Source of the DNA: Desulfosudaceae bacterium | GTDB taxonomy: Bacteria > Desulfobacterota > Desulfobacteria > Desulfobacterales > Desulfosudaceae | Length of the DNA: 64,000 bases | Assembly: GCA_963674745.2 (NCBI GenBank) | Contig: CAXXDV010000001.1 | Location: 2,272,001-2,336,000, forward strand | Direction of reading: 5' to 3' | Made by a program: the position numbers and the translations under genes | The notes under the pieces: model-generated | What the model was told of the DNA's origin: nothing | The model's database searches: none | What the model saw: only the letters and a program-made list of their open reading frames with translations | Part shown: positions 38,370 through 47,699 of the stretch, piece by piece | Layout of the letters: every line of letters starts with the position of its first letter | Position numbering within the stretch: the first letter of the stretch is position 1

Positions 38370-39528
38370 TCAACTTCCAACCAAACCGGTGCCTCCCGCC
38401 AGATGCGTCATGATATCGGCGGGTGAAGCTTCCGGTGATTTGCATGCCGCCAATTTGATCCGAAGTATGCGCAAAAAATGGAGCGATCTTTTTTTCTGCG
38501 GCATCGGCGGCGCGGCCATGCGCCAGGCCGGGGCCAAGATTGTCGTGGACGCCGATCAGCTGTCCGTGGTCGGTATTACAGAAGTTCTGGCCCGGTTGCC
38601 GGCCATTTTAAATGGACTGGATGCCGCCAAAAAAGTGCTTATTTCCCGCCTGCCCGACCTCCTTATTTTGATCGACTTTCCGGATTTTAATTTCAAGCTG
38701 GCCGCTGTTGCCAAACAGCAGGGGATCCCGGTTTTTTATTATATCACACCCCAGGTATGGGCCTGGCGTCAGCGGCGGATTCACACCATCAAGCGGCTGG
38801 TTGACCGGGCCGCGGTCATTCTTCCTTTTGAAGAGGATTTTTTCAGACAGCATGGTGTTCCGGTTTCCTTTGTGGGCCATCCCTTGCTGGATTCAGGATA
38901 CGAAAATCTGCCGGTGCCTGCTGAGCATTCACCGCAACTAAACGCGCCCGTTGTCGGTTTTCTGCCCGGTTCCCGCACCCGCGAAATCAGGAAACTGCTG
39001 CCGGTCATGCTGAACGCGGCCATGGCCATCAGCCGTCAGCATGATCAGGTCCGGTTTCTGGTGTCCAAAGCGCCGTCTGTTTCCCCTGACGTGTTTGACC
39101 GGATTGCCGGGCAATTTTCCGGCCGGGTAAATTTTGAGATCGTGACCGAAAAGGTGGACGTTATTTTAAACCAGGCCACCCTGGTGGTGGCGGCCTCGGG
39201 AACGGTTGCCCTGGAGGCGGCCCTGACCGCTACGCCCATGATCGTGGTTTATAAAGTATCGGCCTTGAGTTACTGGCTGGGCAAGCTGCTGGTTCGCTTG
39301 CAGCATGTCAGCCTGGTCAACCTGATTGCGGGCAAAGAGGTCATCTCCGAACTGCTGCAGGGCGACGCCACGCCTGAAACTATTGTTGCGCATGTGTCGG
39401 CATTGTTAAATGACCCTGACAAATTACAGCAGGTCCGAACTGAGTTGCTGGACGTGCGCCGGAAACTGGGCGGTGGCGGGGCTTCCGACCGGGCGGCCGG
39501 GATTGCCCTTGAGATGCTGGAATCATGA
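38362..39528 (+). CDS. lpxB: lipid-A-disaccharide synthase
   Basis: GEASGD, PQVWAWR, PGSR. Confidence 0.95.
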   Translation: MNNQLPTKPVPPARCVMISAGEASGDLHAANLIRSMRKKWSDLFFCGIGGAAMRQAGAKIVVDADQLSVVGITEVLARLPAILNGLDAAKKVLISRLPDLLILIDFPDFNFKLAAVAKQQGIPVFYYITPQVWAWRQRRIHTIKRLVDRAAVILPFEEDFFRQHGVPVSFVGHPLLDSGYENLPVPAEHSPQLNAPVVGFLPGSRTREIRKLLPVMLNAAMAISRQHDQVRFLVSKAPSVSPDVFDRIAGQFSGRVNFEIVTEKVDVILNQATLVVAASGTVALEAALTATPMIVVYKVSALSYWLGKLLVRLQHVSLVNLIAGKEVISELLQGDATPETIVAHVSALLNDPDKLQQVRTELLDVRRKLGGGGASDRAAGIALEMLES

Positions 39529-39676
39529 TCGAAGGGTGCTCATAAAGGTTTTTTTCGGAGGTTGATTCCATATTTAATTTGGGGATACATATGGGGTGTC
39601 AGGCATCCCAAAGGGCACACGGTGTGAACAGAAATGGATTTTCTCAACGCAGCAGGGCTAAAAGGATAATTTTTTA

Positions 39677-41422
39677 GTGGCACTATTTAAAATAGAGAAT
39701 CGTTACCGGAACCTGCTGGGTTATATCAAGGACAACCGGTTCAGGCTTTACGGGGCCATGTTTTGCATGCTGATTACGTCCGTAAGCACGGCCGCTACCG
39801 CCTATCTGGTCAGACCGGTGATTGACAAGATATTTGTGGCCCATGATGCGTCCATGCTGAAACTGATCCCCCTGGCGGTGATTGCTGTGGCATTTCTTCA
39901 GGGGCTGGGCATGTACGGTCAGGAGGTTCTGCTGATTCGCGTGGCCCAGGGGATTATCAAGGAGTTCCGGGACAGGCTTTACGCCAGGATCACCACCCTG
40001 CCGCTGGCTTTTTTCCATGAGAAAAAGACCGGGGTGCTTATGTCCCGGATCACCAATGACATTCAACTGATCAAGTCGGTGGTGGCCCATGCCATTACCT
40101 ATCTTGTCCGGGACGTGTTCACCCTGATCGGCCTTTTGTGCGTGACTTTCTACCAGATATGGCAACTGGCTTTTGTGGCCTTTGTGGTCCTGCCGTTGCT
40201 TTATTATCCCATCGCCGCCATCGGCCGAAAGGTAAGGCGCATATCCCGGCGTTCCCAGACGCGGGTCGGAGATATCAATTCCTTTCTTCATGAGACCTTT
40301 GTGGGCAACAAGATCATCAAGGCCTTCGGCCGGGAAGAATATGAAATCGATCGATTTTATGAAAAATCCGCCGCTCTCTTTGATATTGAAATGAAAAATA
40401 TCAAGACCAAGGCCCTGACCTCACCGATTGTGCAGGTCCTGTCCGGCCTGGGGGTGGCCTTGGTGATCTGGTTCGGCGGTTCCCAGGTGATGAGCGGTGT
40501 TTATACCTCCGGACAGTTTCTTTCTTTTCTGGCAGCGGTCATGCTCATGTACGCGCCGTTAAAACGACTGTCCAGCCTTAACGCCCAGGTCCAGCAGGGC
40601 ATGGCGGCGGTTGACCGGGTGTATGAAATTCTCGAGGTGCAATCGGATATTGTCGAAGCCCCGGACGCGGTTGAAATTAAAGGCAGGCATCACCGGGTGA
40701 CCTTTGATAAAGTGGATTTTTCTTATAATGGCCAGGAGCAGGTTCTGACCAATATCGACCTTGATGTGGCGCCGGGTGAAGTGATTGCCATTGTCGGTGC
40801 CAGCGGCGGCGGCAAGACCACCCTGGTCAACCTGATTCCCCGTTTTTACGACGTTTCATCCGGCGCGGTCCTGGTCGACGGGCTGGATATCCGCCAAGCA
40901 ACCATCGCCTCGTTGCGGAAACAGATTGCCATTGTGACCCAGGAGCCGATTTTGTTCAACGACACCATTCGTGCCAATATTGCTTACGGCAACCCGGATG
41001 CTTCAGAAGAGGATATCATCCGGGCGGCCAAAGATTCCTATACGTATGATTTCGCAATGCGTTTTCCCGAGCAGCTGGATACGGTCATCGGGGAGCTGGG
41101 CGCGAGGCTTTCCGGGGGACAGAAACAGCGGTTGTGTATCGCCCGCGCCCTGATCAAGGATGCGCCGATTCTGATACTGGACGAGGCCACGTCTTCGCTT
41201 GATACCGAAGCCGAGGCCATTGTTCAGAAAGCCCTGGCCAATCTGATGAAAGGCCGGACGACATTCGTTATCGCCCATCGGCTTTCGACGGTCAGCCACG
41301 CCGATCGGGTGATCGTGATTTCAAACGGGAAAATATCCGAGCAGGGCAAACACGACGAACTTTTGGCCCTGGGAGGGGATTACTACCGCTTATGCCAGAT
41401 GCAGTTTAAAAACGGCGGCTGA
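39677..41422 (+). CDS. msbA: lipid A export ABC transporter
   Basis: TMD plus GASGGGKT, LSGGQ, DEATS; lpx context. Confidence 0.88.
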   Translation: MALFKIENRYRNLLGYIKDNRFRLYGAMFCMLITSVSTAATAYLVRPVIDKIFVAHDASMLKLIPLAVIAVAFLQGLGMYGQEVLLIRVAQGIIKEFRDRLYARITTLPLAFFHEKKTGVLMSRITNDIQLIKSVVAHAITYLVRDVFTLIGLLCVTFYQIWQLAFVAFVVLPLLYYPIAAIGRKVRRISRRSQTRVGDINSFLHETFVGNKIIKAFGREEYEIDRFYEKSAALFDIEMKNIKTKALTSPIVQVLSGLGVALVIWFGGSQVMSGVYTSGQFLSFLAAVMLMYAPLKRLSSLNAQVQQGMAAVDRVYEILEVQSDIVEAPDAVEIKGRHHRVTFDKVDFSYNGQEQVLTNIDLDVAPGEVIAIVGASGGGKTTLVNLIPRFYDVSSGAVLVDGLDIRQATIASLRKQIAIVTQEPILFNDTIRANIAYGNPDASEEDIIRAAKDSYTYDFAMRFPEQLDTVIGELGARLSGGQKQRLCIARALIKDAPILILDEATSSLDTEAEAIVQKALANLMKGRTTFVIAHRLSTVSHADRVIVISNGKISEQGKHDELLALGGDYYRLCQMQFKNGG

Positions 41423-41436
41423 TCTTCCCTGATTTA

Positions 41437-42087
41437 TCAGACAATCACCATCCGTTTAACGGCTTTAACGACTTCTTCAGGGTCATCTATCACCTGGAGG
41501 ATATCGATGTCATTGGGTGATATTCGTTTCTCGTCGAGGAGTTGTTCTTTTATCCAGTCGATCAGCCCGGACCAGTAATCCGTTCCCACCAGAATCACCG
41601 GCAGCGGTTTAATCCGCCTTGTCTGGATCAGGGTCACGGCCTCAAATAATTCATCAAGGGTGCCGAATCCGCCGGGCATGATGATGTAGGCCTGGGCGTA
41701 TTTTATGAACATGACCTTGCGGATAAAAAAATATTCAAACTCCTGCGTGATATTGGCAAAAGCATTGGGCTTTTGCTCAAAAGGCAGGACGATATTCAAA
41801 CCGACTGATCGGCCGTTTTTTTCCGCGGCCCCTTTGTTGGCCGCCTCCATGACGCCGCCGCCGCCGCCGGTGATTACGGCAAATCCGTTTTGCACGAAAA
41901 GGCCGGCAATTTCTTCCGTAGTTTTGTAGACCGGGGAATCCGGTTGTATGCGGGCGGACCCGAAGATGCTGACTGCCGGTCCGATATCATGAAGCGCCTC
42001 GACACCGTCAACAAACTCGCCCATAATTTTGAATATCCGCCAACTCTCCTCCAGCTTGAAGTCATCAATTAAAAACTGCCTTTTCAT
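41437..42087 (-). CDS. LOG-family (TIGR00730) protein
   Basis: PGGFGTLDE, TGGG.GVM. Confidence 0.92.
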   Translation of the reverse strand: MKRQFLIDDFKLEESWRIFKIMGEFVDGVEALHDIGPAVSIFGSARIQPDSPVYKTTEEIAGLFVQNGFAVITGGGGGVMEAANKGAAEKNGRSVGLNIVLPFEQKPNAFANITQEFEYFFIRKVMFIKYAQAYIIMPGGFGTLDELFEAVTLIQTRRIKPLPVILVGTDYWSGLIDWIKEQLLDEKRISPNDIDILQVIDDPEEVVKAVKRMVIV

Positions 42088-42129
42088 TTTGTCCTTTCCT
42101 ATAATTTTCTCGGCTCCCGGTCGAAAAGG

Positions 42130-42366
42130 TTACTTCACCCGTCACCCGCGTCCTTTCAAGCCAATGGTGACCTTGTCTTGCTCCACGATAACCGGAATCT
42201 TCCGGTTTCCATCTGAATATCTGAGCATTTCGTCCAGATTGGCCGGGTCTGCCAGGACATCAACGTAGCGTACGGAATTTCCTTTTTTCGTATACGCCTC
42301 ACGGGCCAGGGTGGTGAACGGTCAGGTGCTCTTCCCGAAGATTATGATTTGATGGTTTTGATTCAT
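42130..42366 (-). CDS. glutaredoxin-like selenoprotein with two in-frame UGA codons (UXX-star-like)
   Basis: MNQNHQIIIFGKST-U-PFT...RKIPVIV...GRG-U-RVK*; TGA at 42322-42324 and 42142-42144; ATGA overlap with the PP2C stop. Confidence 0.85.
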
Positions 42367-43175
42367 AAGCTTTTATTCAGAAGACGCCCGATACGTGAAA
42401 AAATATTACGCTGCTTGTCCACGTCTTTTATCTTGAGCACAATTACCGTAATGTTATCCAGACCGCCCTTTTCATTGGCCAGATCAACCAGCTTTTTACA
42501 GGCAGCGGCCGGTTTGTCGCCCAGGGCCGTATCCAGGATAACCTCTTCTGAAATCATGTCGGTCAGGCCGTCTGAACAGAGAACGAAGGTGTCTCCGGCC
42601 AGGCCTTTCTGCTCGACAGTATCGGGCGTTACTTGAGGCTTGGTGCCCACGGCCTGGGTCAGCATATGTTTGAATTCTTCATTCAGCGGCTCACCGTCCG
42701 GGTTGGCCGCCTTGGCGGCAGAAGCGACCGTATGCAGGGTCGATATCAGTTCAATCTGATCATTACGGATTAAAAACACCGGGCTGTCACCGACATTGGC
42801 CACGATAACTGTCTTGTCAGTCAAGAAAACAGCCGAGATTGTCGTACCCATTCCCGCGTATTTCGGATTATCAGAAGCCAGGTCGAGAACGCTCATGTTG
42901 GCCAGATTAATCCCGGCCAGCAGCCGGTTGGCCTGTTTGGAAAGCCGCCGTCGGGTATCCGGTAATTCCTCGGGGTTTTTATGATCTGTAATGTTTTTGA
43001 TATAGCTCAGGATGGTCTCGGCGGCGACACGGCTGGCCACTTCTCCGGCAGCGTGTCCGCCCATACCGTCGGCTACCACATACAGCCCCAAGGCCTCGTC
43101 AATCACAAAAAAATCTTCATTGGCCTTTCTTTTTCTGCCGGTATCTGTCAGGCCCGCAGACTCAACGATAAGCAT
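42363..43175 (-). CDS. PP2C-family Ser/Thr phosphatase
   Basis: NED, VADGMGG, MGTT, CSDGL, DNIT. Confidence 0.93.
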   Translation of the reverse strand: MLIVESAGLTDTGRKRKANEDFFVIDEALGLYVVADGMGGHAAGEVASRVAAETILSYIKNITDHKNPEELPDTRRRLSKQANRLLAGINLANMSVLDLASDNPKYAGMGTTISAVFLTDKTVIVANVGDSPVFLIRNDQIELISTLHTVASAAKAANPDGEPLNEEFKHMLTQAVGTKPQVTPDTVEQKGLAGDTFVLCSDGLTDMISEEVILDTALGDKPAAACKKLVDLANEKGGLDNITVIVLKIKDVDKQRNIFSRIGRLLNKSL

Positions 43176-43189
43176 AAGGTGCCCTTTTG

Positions 43190-45724
43190 TTATTTGTTGC
43201 TTTGTTGTCTCTTGCTCCGGGCAGCGTCTATTTTCTGGCCGAGTGTTCTCAAGTGTTGCGCCATCTGCCCGGCTGACTGGTATCTTTGTTCCACCTTTTT
43301 GGCCATTGCCTTGTTGAGAATGGCGACCAGCGGTTTGAATATTTTGGGATTAATCTGCTGTGGGTTGGGATGGGGTTCGTTCAATATTTTGTGCATCAAC
43401 TCGGCCGGGCTGCTTCCCTTAAAGGGGACTTCTCCTGTCAGTAATTGAAACATCATGGTGCCCAGAGAAAAAATATCACTCCGGCCGTCCACTTTTTTGC
43501 CTGTAATCTGCTCCGGAGACATGTAATAGGGTGTCCCCTTGATGATGCCCGTTTTGGTCTGTGAAGAAGCCGTTATCCTGGCTATGCCGAAATCGGTTAT
43601 TTTAATTTTATTGCCTTTGATCAACATGATATTGGCCGGTTTGATATCGCGATGGACGATACCTTTCTGATGCGCGTAGTCCAGCCCTTCCGCAATGTCC
43701 GCGATGTAATCAATAACCCGACGCATGGGCAGCAGGTTTTTTTTCTTGGTATATTTGTCGAGGTCATCTCCTTCCAGGTACTCCATGGCAATGTAAGCCA
43801 GGTCCTGCTCTTCACCGGCGTCATATATGGTCACGATGTTGGGATGGGACAGGGTGCCGGCACTTTCGGCTTCCCGGAAGAATTTGGCCTTCATTTCCCT
43901 GGCTTCGTCTTCGTCGAAATCTTCGCTGAATTTGACGGTTTTAATAGCGGTCGTCCGGTTAATGCGGGGGTCCTGGCCAAGGTAGACAGTGCCCATGGCA
44001 CCTTTGCCGAGCTGCTTCATGATTTCATAGCGGCCCAGCGTGGGCCGGACGCCTGATGTACCGGCCATGTCATCGCCGCCGCTGCCGATAAAGTCGCTGC
44101 CGAACACCATGGTCTCGCTGGCCAGGTTCAGTTTTTTCTTCTTATCGGTGACGTCTTTGAACTTACTGTCATGTTGTTCGATGTAACCATATACCGCCGC
44201 TGCCTTGTTGAATTGGCGTTTGCGCTCGTAGTCCAGGGCCAGGTTGTAAAGCACGTCTTTCATTTCATCGTCGACCGGTACTTTTCTGAATTTATCAAAG
44301 GCCATATCCAGCATGCCCTGGGATTGGAAAGAGATGCCCAGCATACGGTTGGTCTGCGCGGATTCACCTTCGACCTTTTCCTTGCCCGCTTCGGTCACAA
44401 AATAATTGATGGATACAATACCGGTATAACCAACGATCAGAAGAAGAAGCGGGTAAATCACCTGAATCCAGATATTTTGCATCAGGAAAAAATAAGCCGA
44501 ACCACCGATCAGCAGGCAGACAAAAAAGAAAAAGGTAGTTCCGGCAATAAGGGCCTTCATCCTGGGAAAACCCCATGTAATCAACAACCCCAGTAATACG
44601 ATGGCGATCCCCTGGCTTTTACCGCCAAGCGGCATTTCCCGGATGAAATTCTGGTTCAAAATGGACCATATGATATTACCGCTGAAATCACCGAAGGAGG
44701 TCCCGGCCGAAACCGGCGTGCTTAAGGGGTTGGCCAGTCCCTTGGCAGAAAAGGATAGCAGTACGATTTTTCCCTTGAACAGGCGCAGGGGGATTTTATC
44801 GTTTATAACGTCAAAGAACGAGTAATGCTTAAACGCCTCATCGGAACCGATGAAGTTGATCAAAATTTCCGAAGAGGATGTCAAGGGAATGGTGATGTCT
44901 TTTAAATATATTTTATCCCCTATTTTTGCAGTGATTTCAGAGGGTTTGATGTTCAGATAGTTGGCCGCGATCACCAATGAATAGGAAGGAATGAACAAAT
45001 CGTTGAACTGATAAAACGGGCGTTCTCTTCTGAATGTGCCGTCTTGATCCGGGGCATAATTGATATGTCCCATGCCGGCGGCGGCTTTCTGGAAAGCGGC
45101 GATGGGAAGGGTGACATCACCGGATTGGGGATGCCTGAGCGGCCCGGAAGGGGCATGGCTGACGTTAATGGCCTGTGAAGCGATGACGGTGTTTTTTCCT
45201 GTTTCATCTTCTTCCGGCAGCAGGGTGTCTTTGAAAAAAACGGGTAAGATCACATTCCCTGCGTTTTTCATGGATTTTGCAAGCTTGGAGTCCCGGTCAA
45301 GATTTTCCCTGGCATCGGAAACGGCATTTAAAAAGGCCGGTGCTTTCGGGTCATCGAAAAAAGATGATTTGAAAATATCCTCCAGCCTGTCAATCTCCAG
45401 CAAACCGGCATTTTCTTCGGCCTCGCTGTAGATGATATTCAGACCGATAACAGCCGGTTTTTCCGTTGCGATTTTGTCTATACAGGCGGCGATCATTGAC
45501 CGGGGCCAGGGCCAGCGGCCGAGGTTTTCAATGGATTCATCATCAATTTCGATAATAACGACCCGGTCCGTGGCTTCGGCCTGAATTTTCAACTTCATCC
45601 AGGTGTCGTAAAGCTTCAACCCCAGCGTGTCAAAAAAATCAATGCGGATAAATGCCAGGAGTAAAAAAAGGATAGTGACCGTCAGGCCAAAAACAAGTGT
45701 GGGATTTTTTTTTATCCAATTCAT
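43190..45724 (-). CDS. CHASE2-domain membrane Ser/Thr protein kinase
   Basis: GRWPWPR CHASE2, 3 TMs, GKGAMG, HRDIKPAN, DFG. Confidence 0.92.
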   Translation of the reverse strand: MNWIKKNPTLVFGLTVTILFLLLAFIRIDFFDTLGLKLYDTWMKLKIQAEATDRVVIIEIDDESIENLGRWPWPRSMIAACIDKIATEKPAVIGLNIIYSEAEENAGLLEIDRLEDIFKSSFFDDPKAPAFLNAVSDARENLDRDSKLAKSMKNAGNVILPVFFKDTLLPEEDETGKNTVIASQAINVSHAPSGPLRHPQSGDVTLPIAAFQKAAAGMGHINYAPDQDGTFRRERPFYQFNDLFIPSYSLVIAANYLNIKPSEITAKIGDKIYLKDITIPLTSSSEILINFIGSDEAFKHYSFFDVINDKIPLRLFKGKIVLLSFSAKGLANPLSTPVSAGTSFGDFSGNIIWSILNQNFIREMPLGGKSQGIAIVLLGLLITWGFPRMKALIAGTTFFFFVCLLIGGSAYFFLMQNIWIQVIYPLLLLIVGYTGIVSINYFVTEAGKEKVEGESAQTNRMLGISFQSQGMLDMAFDKFRKVPVDDEMKDVLYNLALDYERKRQFNKAAAVYGYIEQHDSKFKDVTDKKKKLNLASETMVFGSDFIGSGGDDMAGTSGVRPTLGRYEIMKQLGKGAMGTVYLGQDPRINRTTAIKTVKFSEDFDEDEAREMKAKFFREAESAGTLSHPNIVTIYDAGEEQDLAYIAMEYLEGDDLDKYTKKKNLLPMRRVIDYIADIAEGLDYAHQKGIVHRDIKPANIMLIKGNKIKITDFGIARITASSQTKTGIIKGTPYYMSPEQITGKKVDGRSDIFSLGTMMFQLLTGEVPFKGSSPAELMHKILNEPHPNPQQINPKIFKPLVAILNKAMAKKVEQRYQSAGQMAQHLRTLGQKIDAARSKRQQSNK

Positions 45725-45938
45725 TCGGTTTCAGGCAACCTGTTAGAAATCGAAAGCGTTTACCATGAACACGACCTCCCCTTTTTGAAACGGCGTTTTC
45801 ATGTCATGGGAAAATTATCAGTCCTGTAATTATAAGGTAAGCGATTAAAAGGTGTCAATAGATAGTGTCTACCCCTTTTAGATGGATCGAAACGAGATAA
45901 GAAGGCGGATAGATTCCATATCTTTCCGGAAGTGCCGA

Positions 45939-47393
45939 TTACCTGAATTTGATCTGCCGGGCCGCCAGAAACACTAATTTTAGCAGTATCCAGCCGTGTT
46001 TCCATCTTTTGATTTTCGTTGTGCCGTAAGTCCTGCGGCGATAACGGACGGGCAGATCAATTATTTTAAGGTTAATCCTGGCTGCGTTGAAAAGAAGATC
46101 AAAATCGCCGAAAGGATCCATAAGGCTGAGGCCGTCCGGGTTTTGCTTCATTTTTTCATAATCTTTTTTCCACAACGCCTTGGTGCCGCAAAGCGTGTCT
46201 TTGACGGGTTGATCAAGCAACCAGGACAACAGCAGGCCGAAAGCCTTGTTGAACACCATGTTTAAAAAGCGCATGCTTTGATCTTCCAGTGGATATACCA
46301 GCCGGACACCATTGATGAAATCGCCTTTTCCGGTTATCAGCGCTTCGACAAAGCGGGGAAGGCCTTCGGGAGGGACGGTCATGTCGGCATCAAGGATGAC
46401 CAGGATATCACCGGTCGCCTGGTTGAATCCGGCCCGGACGGCATCGCTTTTTCCCTGCCCGGGCTGCTTGATGAAGCGGATGTTTTGGTTCGAAAATTCG
46501 TTGATGGCATGGCGGATCGTTTCCTCGGTTCCATCCGTGGATCCCCCTTCGACGAAAATCAGTTCCGTATCGTACCCCGGCAGTTTCGTCTGTTGCAGCA
46601 GGTCCGGGATGTTTCCGGCTTCGTTCTTGGCCGGGACTATGATTGAAACAATCGGGGTTGACAGGGGGTGACAGCGATTCTCCGGTGGTGATAACGGCCG
46701 GGCAACAATGTAATTTGTTAACCCGAACCATTGAAAGGGTAAAAAATTTATCAGGAAACGGTTTGCCGTTGCCTCCAGCAGCGGACATCTTGCCGGAAAC
46801 AGGATTCTGGTTCTGTTGCCGAGGGGCTCAAATCCGGACAGGCGTAAAAGGTTGAAAATATCCATGGGCGTCAGCCAGTTTTGTTTCAGCATATCGGCTG
46901 CCAGGTGACACTTTCTGGCCAATTCAAACGGGATGCGCCATACATTATTAAAAAAATTGATGATAATCCGTGTGCCGGCATGACACAAAGGCCGGATTCC
47001 CGTTAGCACCGATTGCACATCCCACAGGTCATTTATCAGATCGGAAAGGATGATTATATCGAACCTGGCGCTGAATGCCAGCTGGTGAACATCAGCGCAA
47101 ACAAAGTCGAGATGAGGATATTTTTTTTTGGCCTGCTTGATCATGGGGATTGAAAAGTCAACGCCGACACCAACTTCAGGTGCCAGGACGTTAAGCAGGT
47201 CGCCCTGACCGCATCCAAGTTCCAGGACCGTTAATCCGGGTGGAATCAGGAAATGATAATAACGCTGGAGCAGGGAGTGGTAAAAGCGGCCGGTGCGCCG
47301 GCCTTTGTTTATCCTGTCCATGCAGATGGCATCCCATTGCCGTCGCCTTTTGGTCTGATAGGTTGCCTCTGGTGTCGGGGTAGCGGTCATCAT
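45939..47393 (-). CDS. bifunctional class I SAM methyltransferase / GT2 glycosyltransferase
   Basis: LELGCGQG; IVPAKNE, LDAD, DTLCG. Confidence 0.88.
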   Translation of the reverse strand: MMTATPTPEATYQTKRRRQWDAICMDRINKGRRTGRFYHSLLQRYYHFLIPPGLTVLELGCGQGDLLNVLAPEVGVGVDFSIPMIKQAKKKYPHLDFVCADVHQLAFSARFDIIILSDLINDLWDVQSVLTGIRPLCHAGTRIIINFFNNVWRIPFELARKCHLAADMLKQNWLTPMDIFNLLRLSGFEPLGNRTRILFPARCPLLEATANRFLINFLPFQWFGLTNYIVARPLSPPENRCHPLSTPIVSIIVPAKNEAGNIPDLLQQTKLPGYDTELIFVEGGSTDGTEETIRHAINEFSNQNIRFIKQPGQGKSDAVRAGFNQATGDILVILDADMTVPPEGLPRFVEALITGKGDFINGVRLVYPLEDQSMRFLNMVFNKAFGLLLSWLLDQPVKDTLCGTKALWKKDYEKMKQNPDGLSLMDPFGDFDLLFNAARINLKIIDLPVRYRRRTYGTTKIKRWKHGWILLKLVFLAARQIKFR

Positions 47394-47403
47394 CTTTATA
47401 TCT

Positions 47404-47528
47404 GGTTCATCTCCCGAAAATATGTATTAAGCATTCATAAAAATTTTCATTAACAACCCCTTGAACCCTCGACCCCTTGAATCCTTGAATGCTTGAACCC
47501 TGTGTGCCCACTAAATTGGAGAAGAGCC
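47404..47528. mobile_element. 125-bp MITE-like element with internal 8-bp tandem repeats
   Basis: GGTTCATCTCC ... GGAGAAGAGCC ends; CCCTTGAA-type repeats at 47457-47501. Confidence 0.55.
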
Positions 47529-47699
47529 TTGTGTGTAAATCGGTTTACCGGCGTTTGGTTTAATATTATTATTCATTTTTTCATTTGTTTATGTAATATA
47601 AAGCAGATCGTATGACAACAGGCAAATATATCAAAAACCCAGCCAGGATATGCAGGTGGCAGTTGCCACGGCGTGGACGAGGCATATCCGGGATAAAGG

